Shown here one piece after another: positions 54,215-64,000 of a stretch of 64,000 nucleotides of DNA (positions within the stretch are counted from its first letter, which is position 1; each line of letters starts with the position of its first letter). The notes below the pieces were generated by a model. That model did no database searches, was not told the DNA's origin, and saw only the letters and a list, made by a program, of their open reading frames with translations. The position numbers and the translations under genes are program-made. The stretch lies in assembly GCA_012295275.1 (NCBI GenBank), contig CM022677.1, positions 744,001 to 808,000 of the forward strand. The letters run 5' to 3'. Source of the stretch: Chrysomallon squamiferum. Its lineage: Eukaryota; Animalia; Mollusca.

Positions 54215-54615
54215 ACAAACATACAACAACGCGACGCTAACAACAACAAAAAGATACAACAATGCGACGCTAACAACAACAAAAACATACAACAACGCGA
54301 CGCTAACAACAACAAAAACATACAACAACGCAACGCTAACAACAACAAAAAGATACAACAACGCGACGCTAACAACTCCAAAAAGATACAACAACGCGAC
54401 GCTAACAACAACAAAAACATACAACAACGCAACGCTAACAACAACAAAAAGATACAACAACGCAACGCTAACAACTCCAAAAACATACAACAACGCAACG
54501 CTAACAACAACAAAAACATACAACAACGCGACGCTAACAACAACAAAAACATACAACAACGCGACTCTAACAACAACAAAAACATACAACAACGCGACGC
54601 TAACAACAACAAAAA
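54215..54615 (+). repeat. 33-bp minisatellite, 12 units, in the LINE-A 3' UTR
   Basis: ORF 54197..54697 repeats NIQQRDANNNK. Confidence 0.97.
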
Positions 54616-54944
54616 TGTGCCCGACAGGATGACACTACGAGTTCTTTTTTTTTCTCCTTCTTTCCTCTCTCTCTCGTTATATAATAGTAAAAACTAAGTA
54701 AATAAATAAATATAAATAAATAAAACCCCTCAAACAATGCCCAATGCATATATATATGTATCTATATATGTGTATATGTATATATGTGTATGTATGTATA
54801 TAAGTATATATATATCTATATATGTGTATATGTATGTATGTGTATGGGTGTGTATATATGTATATCTACTGCACCGTTTTGGATCTTATTAACTAAAAGC
54901 CACTCAAAGGTTTATTCCAAATTGCCCACTTCAAATGCACCTTC

Positions 54945-55097
54945 ACCGTCCCCGTCCCCTTCAACTTTCCCCTTCCCCTTCCCCTTCCCCTCTCCTGTCC
55001 CCTTCCCCTTCCCCGTCCCCGTCCCCTTCCACTTCCCCTTCCCCTTCCCCTCTCCTTCCCCTTTCTCTTCCCCTTCCCCTCCCCCTTCCCCTCTCCT
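54945..55097. repeat. (CCCCTT)n-like polypyrimidine tract (G-runs on the minus strand)
   Basis: Direct observation; much shorter in the paralog at ~43648-43672. Confidence 0.9.
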
Positions 55098-55521
55098 GTC
55101 CAGGAACCCATCCCTGGCGATCCCAGAGATCGGATCCATGATAGGCGTGCCTGAACCTTGAATTGGACGTGATACATAAAAAGAGTTTTCCATCCATCCA
55201 TCTTTGATTAGTGCCCTTCTTGAGAGTCTTTGTCTGCACAAGACAAAGGAAAACGAAGACAATGGTAATTATGGTTTAATGAATTATATATGTAACATAC
55301 ATCTTGAATGATTGAAGATGGCTAAATCTATTACTGTTGAATTTGTCAGTGTTATTCTTTTTTAAAATAGCACAGACGAATAATACTGACAGCAAGAAAA
55401 CATTATCCTATAAAAATACAGTTATTGATACACCAATGTCTGTTTTCGGTTAATGCAAAGTCTCACAAAAGACTGAGGACCCACAATATGCCGTTTTCGA
55501 AACACAGTACATAAAAATTAT

Positions 55522-57315
55522 AAAATAAGCTACACAATACTACAACACCTACCAGACGAAACACTACTCGTCATACTCGATCTTTACAACGCAATATGGA
55601 CCACCGGCAAGATTCCAACAAACTGGAAACACGCCGAGTGTTTCTGGTTGCCCAAACCACACAAAGATCACTCACTACCCAACAGCTACAGGCCGATCAC
55701 GCTGACGTCACACATGTGCAAAACATTGGAAACAATGATCAACACACGCCTGAACCAGCAATTAAACGACAACAATCTAATCTTCAAATTTCAAAGCGGC
55801 TTCAGGAAGAAACACAGTACAAACGACCAGGTCACCTGCCTGCAAACATCAATTAATCAATCTTTTCGAAAATCAAAAAAAGTCATAGCAGTTTTTTTAG
55901 ACATTGAAAAAGCATTTGACATGGTATGGAGGGAAGGACTGCTCGTTATATTAATCAACAACAACATCAAAGGCAACATGTTCGACTTTATCAAAGACTT
56001 TATTAACAACAGAACCATAGCAGTCAAAGTAAACGGTCACACCTCAGAGAAAACGACAATCGAAAACGGCATCCCCAAAGGATCCGTGATCTCGCCAACA
56101 CTCTTCAACATCTACATCAACGACATCGTCACAGCACTCGACAAACAAGACAACGCCAGAAATCCACCGAAGGAACCAATAAATTCAGCACTCTTTGCAG
56201 ACGACTGCACCTTTTCGCGGGCAGGCAGATCCACCGCAGCAATACAGAAACAAATACAAAAAGACTTAAACAACATAAAGGACTGGATGTTGAAATGGGG
56301 CAAAAAAGATTTCTCTTTCCAAAACGACATGCCTCCTTTTCAACAAGAAATCAGACAACAACAAGATCACACTCAGCATCGACAACAACGTCATAACAGA
56401 AACAAAGACATTCAAAATTCGACAGCCAACTCAACTTCCGATGCCATATACACAACATAATTGCATCCTGCAAAAAAACAATCAATCTTCTAAAGTTAAT
56501 TTCCGGAACCAGTTGGGGAGCAAACGAGTCAACGCTGATTTTGATACACAACGCGTGTATTCTCTCCAAGCTCGACTACGGAGCCACGGCTTACTCGAAT
56601 GCTCCCAAACTCTATTTAAAAAAACTAGACACAATTCAATCAAGTGCCCTCAGGGTGATCGGCCACCTGCCAAACACAACACCATCGGACAGCCTCCTGT
56701 CGGAATACAGCATCCAATCATTAAAATACCGAAGAAAACTGCAGCTACTAAAATACAACCTGAAAATACACACACTCAACACAGACCACCCTTTCAGGGA
56801 TCTGGTCCCCGACCAACAAAGGATAGGACAACTCTTTAAATCGCATAGTCTACTGCTATCGAATTTCCCGACAACAGCTAGCGAAATCGAAACGGAAACA
56901 GGAATAGAGGAAATGCCACTGCCGGCATACCACAAAGAAACAAAACCAACAATAAACACACCTTTCCTGATCAAAAGACAAACTGACAAAACAGAGATCC
57001 CACCGTTCAAAAAAGCAATTTTTTGGGCAACAGCAAACGACCACTACAAACAACACACGCACATCTACACTGACGGATCCAAAAACCCAGACAACGGGAG
57101 AGTAGGATTCGCCTTCATAGCCCAAGATCACACAAACAAACCCACATGCATACAATTCAGCAGTATCAGAAATCACCTTTCGGTGTATACGGCCGAATTG
57201 GTAGCCATCATCAGAGCCATGCTGTGGGTAAAACACAACAACAACAAACACACAGTCATATTCTCGGACAGTCAGTGATCTGATCTCAATACAGTCCGGA
57301 TATAATAAGGTAATA
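55522..57315 (+). mobile_element. I-group LINE family B, RT plus N-terminal RNase H, 5'-truncated
   Basis: ORF 55648..56460 YRPITLTSHMCK, FLDIEKAFD, GIPKGSVISP, LFADD; ORF 56541..57278 HIYTDGSK, VIFSDS. Confidence 0.93.
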
Positions 57316-57639
57316 ACAACAACAACAACAAAATCGAAATGAAAATACATTCACCATCGCGTCGTCGTGATCTCGCAATTCAATTTTACGTTGGAAGATA
57401 TCTTTTTCAAACCGCACGCTCGCACGCACACACACAGACACACACACACAGACACAGACAAACACAGACACACACACAGACACAGACACACAGAAATAAC
57501 ATACGTACACATACAATCAGACATACACAATACGGTCACTCCAAAAAAAAAAAAAAAAAAAAATAAAAAAAAAAAAAAAAATATAAAAAATATAAATAAA
57601 GAAATAAGGAAATAAATATTAAGAAAAAAATAATTTAAA

Positions 57640-57679
<40 letters not shown>

Positions 57680-58362
57680 CGAGAGAAAAGGAAAAAAGAC
57701 ATCGGGTTTCATCCGTCCACTGTCACCGCCTTCATTTCCTTACTCGGCTTATCTCCCTCTAATAATTCTCGTTTCGTGTAGTCGTCGAAATTACCAGAGA
57801 AAAATAATCTCTAAATTCGATACAAAGTTGCCGCCACGTTTATGTGCTTGATTCCAAAAATCATTCTATATGGATTTAGTTTGAACTTGGTACTACCAAA
57901 AAAACTGTTGTGTTTTTTTGTTGTTTTTTTCATTTGTTTAATAAATGAGTTAGTTTTGCTGCAGTGAAAAATACGCATGCAAGACTGAGTCCACGGCACC
58001 GACGCACACTAGGCACACTGTCGTCTGTGGAGTGGGTTCAATCTTCCATTCGTAAAGATGTTTTCTGACTAACTGCTGCAACAACAACAACAACGTGTCT
58101 GATCATTTCATAAATTAAATCGTAATCGTCGTTATTTTCAATTAAGACAGAATTTAATCATTTTTAATGTTCGAAGAGAACCTGGTCAACAGTAAATTGG
58201 TAGATTATTCGTGAATAAATGAGGCAACTGCCGAATTGTCCGGTAGTGGCTGAAAATTAAAAATTTAAAAGAAAGAAAGAAAAAAAAAAAAGACGAACCG
58301 ACGTCTATTTATCTTCGTTCTTCTTATTGCGTGCGCTGAATAACGACAACGATAACGGTGGC

Positions 58363-58430
<68 letters not shown>

Positions 58431-58718
58431 TGATGATGATAATAATAATAAATGAAAAAAATAATAAATAAAATAAAATATATTAAACTTAAAATAAAAA
58501 CATGACAAAATAAGATAAAAACATGAGGAAAATAAAAATAAAAAAATAAAAAAAATAAGAAAAGAAAAGAAAAGAAAAAGAAAGAAATAAAAAAAATAAA
58601 AATAAAGCGCTGGCTGTATTCGATCTTCTTGTTCTTCTTCTACTCAAAGCAAAAAAGAAAGAAAGAAAGCGCCAAAGAAAGTGTGTGTGTGTGTGTCTGT
58701 GCATCTACGGTATTATAG

Positions 58719-58758
<40 letters not shown>

Positions 58759-58866
58759 GTAGTAGTAGTAGAAGTAGTAGTGGTAGTAGTAGTAGCGGTA
58801 ATGATAATAATAGAAAGGTTTCGTATTTATCCTGTGTTCACGAGTCATTTTGCACGAAATTAGCAT
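57316..58866 (+). repeat. Composite repeat unit, same junction to LINE-B as at ~2200
   Basis: Matches 2200-3645. Confidence 0.9.
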
Positions 58867-58868
58867 TC

Positions 58869-59140
58869 AATTGTTATGATTGCCTCGTGAAAAGTGGTCT
58901 TTTGGTCATTTCTGTGTTCGATCGCCATCTTGACACTATTACGGAATTTTCACCATGCTACAATCACTAAAACCGGTTACGTGACACAAACGAAAGGTAA
59001 GTGGACATAATAATTCATTTTCTATATTATTGTCTTTAAAATTTTATCAAAATGCTTGGACGCATTTAATTGTTATGATTGCCTCGTGAAAAATGGTACA
59101 TGTGTGTTTTCGGTGTTCGATCGCCATCTTGAAACTTTAA
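58869..59140 (+). repeat. ~198-bp tandem repeat (about 1.4 units); about 2.4 more units at 61685-62160
   Basis: AATTGTTATGATTGCCTCGTGAAAA at 58869 and 59068; diverged forms at ~61715, ~61912, ~62110. Confidence 0.85.
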
Positions 59141-60609
59141 AAGCACGTGCTTAGCGAAATCGCCGTTAATTTACGTTTTCTACAGACCGAAATTGCGTTG
59201 ATTTTATTTACAATCGCCGTAAATTGTTTCCTACCTAGTCAAGTTGCCGTATATTTTATGTGCAACTACAGATAACTGGTGCTATTTGAAATGATTATAT
59301 TTCTATAATCTATGTTGATTATAGTTTTAATAGCTTGTAGGATGCATGTTTTATTAAATGTTGTAACTTTTACTAAATATAATATGAATTCGTTCTGAAA
59401 TAAACCAATTAATATTGTTTTGCCGATTACTAGCGTTTGATGTTTAACTATAATCCTCTGCAATACATAAACTCAGAAAGGTGTTGCCGGTCTTAATTAG
59501 GAACAATACAATGTGTATGTAATCATGACATTAAAGACACAGGTATGGTAAGTGTTATTTGCAGCAGAGAAAATAATTTTCTTGGCTTTGTGTTTGTACT
59601 TCCTGTGCTTTGACAGCAAACAAAAGATACCTATCAGTGTATCACGTGACCATTGCTGATGTTTTCTCTGATGGAGCAAATCAACACTTGAAGCAAAAAT
59701 AACCTAAGTTTTAAAACTGAACAGTTTATGATTTATCAGTTTATGATTTATCAGTTTATGACTTTATGATTTATCAGTTTATGACTTTATGATTTATCAG
59801 TTTATGGTTTTACGATAAAATATTTTTTAAAAAAGGTTATACGTTTCTTATTTAATATTCTATGAATACCTCTGGTACTTAGATTCACAGAAAACATTCA
59901 TTGTACTGTTCTGTAGTACAGTTTGTTATGTTTATGATTTTTAATTCGCCATTTATCGCAAGAATTTTTAAAGCAAAACACGAAGTTAGTTTATTTCTGA
60001 TCGTATTCATATTGTAATGTATAGACTTTAGAAATCCGAACACAGGAGAAAACTATGCATCCCAAAAGTTATTAAAAATATGAACATAGCTTCTATCATT
60101 TTAAATAGCAGCAGATCTTTTATATGTTTGTTACTTTTTTTAAAATTTATTTTAAGGCAAGCAATATACATTTGTGGACATAACTTTTGTTATAAATTCA
60201 TACGCCACTGGTATTGATAGCGACGACATTGACGTTGTTAGAAATATCGAACTTTGACCTTCCTGGGTCCTAAAAATAGCCTTGCTAAAAATAGTTGGTG
60301 AAAACTTATCACCCAACTCCTTGTAATGCCAAAATTAATTGAGAGTTTCTGTCAATATTATAAAGAGGATGGACTGTAATTAAGATTTAAAAAGAACAAA
60401 TCACAACATAATGAACGTTTGTAATATTATGTAAAATGTTTCAATTTGACGAAACTTGTACATTGAGTTTCACAAATGTCTAACTTTGAACTGTTGCCAT
60501 TATCTTTGAATTCAGCTTACGTTAACACGTCACACAGCAAACTGCCTAAATAACAAGTTGGTATTTGCTTCATTAATTAAACTTTTACCTGTCTGCGTAT
60601 CAATTTCAG

Positions 60610-60720
60610 GTGGTGATTTATACAGGTATTTGGAAGACGCGCCAGAGCGTGTTGTTGTCATCATCAGCGCTGACCTCGCACACACGCATCTCAGCACTGA
60701 CCCATACGGCTACTCGAACG
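60610..60720 (+). pseudogene. LigB-type dioxygenase-like exon, truncated: GGDLYRYLEDAPERVVVIISADLAHTHLSTDPYGYSN
   Basis: Acceptor TTTCAG|; the SADLAH..PYGYS motif resembles the LigB/Memo-like S-x-D-L-x-H motif; GC-rich island in AT-rich DNA. Confidence 0.7.
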
Positions 60721-62740
60721 ACTAATAATATTGAAGCAAGAAAACATTATCCTATAAAAATATAGTTATTGATATATGTTTTCGATTAATGGAAAGGCTC
60801 ACAAAAGGCTGAGGACCCAGAGTATGCCGTTTTCGAAACGTACAGTACATAAAAATTATATATTTATTTGCAATCCTATTGATAATATATTATACAGAAA
60901 TGTTTCCATTTAGGTATTTCACTGTTTGTCTGTATGTCTGTAAAAATTACATACGATTTGTAAACATTAGTTTATTGGTTACGTAAAATGCCTTCGTCGC
61001 AGATTTGAGCTTCCTTTTTTTTTTTTATTGAAGATAGAAAGTAGATGGTTACTAATAATAAACATTATTTATGTGCTGGCATGTCTGTGTAGAATGTCAT
61101 CAAATCCTGCGTAGTTTAGAAAAAGAAAGAAAACAGTTGTCAAAATTAAACGAAACAGTATCTGGGTGTTTTTTCCCACTCTGTTTGCAGTCTTATTAGT
61201 AACTGTATATACTAACAGTTAGTTATTTACTACCAAATTTCTGTCATCATGTTGATATAGTGTCACGGAATTCAGATTGCGTAACTTTAATTGTTACTTC
61301 AAATCACATCCGCTCTTTTATTTTAAGCTATGGAATTGAAATTGCTTAACTTTAATCATTACTATAATAACATCGATTTTTTATTGTTTCCGCAAATTTT
61401 TCAACTCCATGGCATAGTTATTAAAAAAGGCTGGCTTTTAGTAATTAAGGAGAGAAGTAAGCGAAGGAAACGGTGAAGACGAGAATTCAGTCAGGCGATG
61501 AAACCAATGTTTTCGAATGACATTTTCTTTACTGACTTATTATGGTAAAATTGTCTATTCTTATTTTGATGGGATGTAAATATGTTAACCAATGTCAATA
61601 ACATTTATTGTACCCAAAAAGTTAAGGTTTTAATCTGTCCTCCGTGCAGATTCTTATTTTGTCTCGGTTCCTTTATAAATTATAAAATTTTATCAAAATG
61701 TATGGACGCCTTCAATTATTATGATTGCCTCGTGAAATATGGTCTATGTGTATTTTCGGTTTTCGATCGCCATCTTGAAACTTTTACGGAATTTTCAACA
61801 TTTTTTTTTTTTAAAACCGGTTATGTGACACGAATGAAAAGAAACTGGACATAATAATTAGTTTTATTATCTTATTGTCTTTCAAATTTTATCAAGCACT
61901 TCGAGGCTCTTAATTGTAATTTTACCTCGTTTCTTATGGTTTTTTCAGGCGTTATATCGCCAGTTTCTTTTTTTTTCTTCAAAATTACAATTTTCAACAT
62001 GCTACATCATGTAAAACCGGTTACACGAGACGAATGAAAAGTAGCTGGACATAATAGTTTTTTGGATCTAATTGTCTTTGAAATTTTGTCAAGCAGCTGC
62101 AAGCATGCTAACTAATCTTTACCTCGTCAAGCATGGTTATTTCGACGTTAGATCGCCGAAGTGAAAGTGTCATGGACACTGACCAAACTTCCTGTGTAAG
62201 GACTTACGTTTAAGAATGGATTATGCTGACTTATTCTTCTTAAATTATCTTACATAAGAATGATGGACAAATATGTTCCCTAACAATATATTGGTATTTT
62301 CATCCATAATTGTCTCAAATCTCAAATGTTTTAGGATTTTAAAATCATAAAATTGACCACACAATTATAATTTCTAAACACCAAATCAAATAAGCAAATG
62401 CTGTTGTATTCTGTGTGGATTTAATTTGTGCTGGTCATTCAAATTTTGCATTTCTTTTCATTTTTTTTTTTTTTTTTTCAGTGTTTGGTTTTCACACACA
62501 GGGATGTTTCATTTAGGTAATATTGTCTTTCATAATTTCAACTTTTAAAACTTATTTGAAACTTGTCTTCTCAAAAACTTTCTTGTTTTTTTCAGTGAAT
62601 AACCAAAAGATGCCTTTGAGTAACAAATAGACAGTGCCCAATTAGATGTAACCAACCGAGCTTAGGTAGACAGCATCTGCAAGAACAGTATTCCACAGTT
62701 CCTGCAAAAAGATGAAAAGGACATGTTTAAATTTACACTA

Positions 62741-63146
62741 AATTCTTAAAACAAACAATCAGACGGAAAGAGGAACAGATAGCAAAATTTCAAGAGCAAA
62801 GTACCGTTTCAAAGGTTATCATGCATGAGGCAAAATCTACTCTGTCAAACTTTAAAAAAACCCACGAACAAATGAAGATGTACCATAGCAAAAAAAGAAT
62901 AAAACTGAATCAGAAACTCTGCTGCTCTCTGCCAAAAACGAAATTTCTGAACTTAAAATAAAACTTGAAATAAAACAAAAGGAGATAATTGATCTCCAGA
63001 GAGATAAAATCCTGCTTGAAGAAAAGCTTCAGGAGTCAGTTAGTAAACTAAAATTGACAAAATATAATGGAAAGGTCTATTCTGCAGACCTAAGAATGAT
63101 GGTGTTTGATGCCATTGTTAATCAGGTGCCAACCAGCAATATCCCT
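62741..63146 (+). mobile_element. Second copy (N-terminal part) of the CxxH DDE transposase, cut by a gap
   Basis: Matches 17785-18185. Confidence 0.85.
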
Positions 63147-63346
63147 NNNNNNNNNNNNNNNNNNNNNNNNNNNNNNNNNNNNNNNNNNNNNNNNNNNNNN
63201 NNNNNNNNNNNNNNNNNNNNNNNNNNNNNNNNNNNNNNNNNNNNNNNNNNNNNNNNNNNNNNNNNNNNNNNNNNNNNNNNNNNNNNNNNNNNNNNNNNNN
63301 NNNNNNNNNNNNNNNNNNNNNNNNNNNNNNNNNNNNNNNNNNNNNN

Positions 63347-64000
63347 CAACACACAAACACGGAAGAATCAACTCTTCAAAAACTTTAACATTCCAGGATT
63401 CTTTGGCTTCTTTCACAACACTAACTGCACCACGAGAGGAGGAGTAGCAACTTATGTCAGAAATGAACTATCCTACTCACGTATCCCACTAACCAATCAC
63501 CACCTCAACATAGAGACACTTGGGATAACAATCCATGGCCAGGCTGAAGACATTAACGTTTTCAACTACTACACTCACCCAGGCAAAAATCACTACAACA
63601 TAACACTAGAACACTACACTAAAAGCATTCCCTCTAAATACATCGACAACTTCATTATACTCGGGGACTTCAACAGCAGAAACCACCTATGGGGATCCTC
63701 TAGTACATGCAAACAGGAAACCATCATCGAAAAATGTACGGATCTTAACAAACAGATATGTCTGAACGATGGCAGGTCAACCTTCCTATCAGACGTATAC
63801 AACAACTGGTCATGTCTTGATATCTCAACAGTGTCTGAAAAAATAGCCTCTAAATGTGAATGGACAGTCCTTAACAATCTCAATAGCGATCACCTACCAA
63901 TACTAATCTCATACAACACTGAAAATAACTGGAAAGAGGTACCAATAAACAAACACAAATGGAACTTCGCGAAAGCCAACTGGACTGAATTTAAAAAGCA
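63347..64000 (+). mobile_element. LINE-A APE region, apparently identical to ~10021-10674
   Basis: Antisense ORF 63614..63883 is identical to 10288..10557. Confidence 0.93.

Larger units (their letters stand above)
46054..55200 (+). mobile_element. Second duplicated copy of the TSD-bounded LINE-A (TSD at 46042-46053 and 55201-55212, 1 mismatch)
   Basis: Same structure, same internal insertion and deletion; ORF2 remains 50480-54108; (TCCA)n tail. Confidence 0.93.
34343..55520 (+). repeat. ~11.5-kb tandem segmental duplication (34343-44097 homologous to 45879-55520)
   Basis: Identical ORF pairs 35512/47044 and 37473/49002, near-identical pair 38999/50529; offsets about 11530. Confidence 0.96.

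Noticed and set aside
34505-55212. LINE-A as a site-specific element because two copies have the same target site
   Set aside because: The shared internal deletion and insertion show one insertion duplicated with its flanks

Overview
AT-rich, microsatellite-dense animal genomic DNA; the 5S rRNA sequence is mollusc/lophotrochozoan-like. There are four contigs joined by three 200-N gaps, and two contig ends still carry Oxford Nanopore adapter sequence. No intact protein-coding gene is visible. The window is a mosaic of: (i) two families of RNase H-bearing I-group (Nimb/I-like) non-LTR retrotransposons, including a TSD-bounded ~9.2-kb copy duplicated inside an ~11.5-kb tandem segmental duplication; (ii) a Tx1/L1-clade retrotransposon whose poly(A) tail is joined to nt ~22 of a 5S rRNA gene, 2.2 kb from an intact 5S gene, a candidate 5S-rDNA-targeting element; (iii) a modular composite repeat that is both the 5S spacer and an insert in a LINE RNase H domain; (iv) a decayed CxxH-type DDE transposase in two copies; (v) decayed host-gene copies: MCC exons, an intronless prolyl 4-hydroxylase alpha copy, a possible TIN2/TINF2-like gene and scattered exons of a LigB-type dioxygenase-like gene; (vi) several minisatellites. 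Gene identities come from motif recognition by eye, not from database searches.
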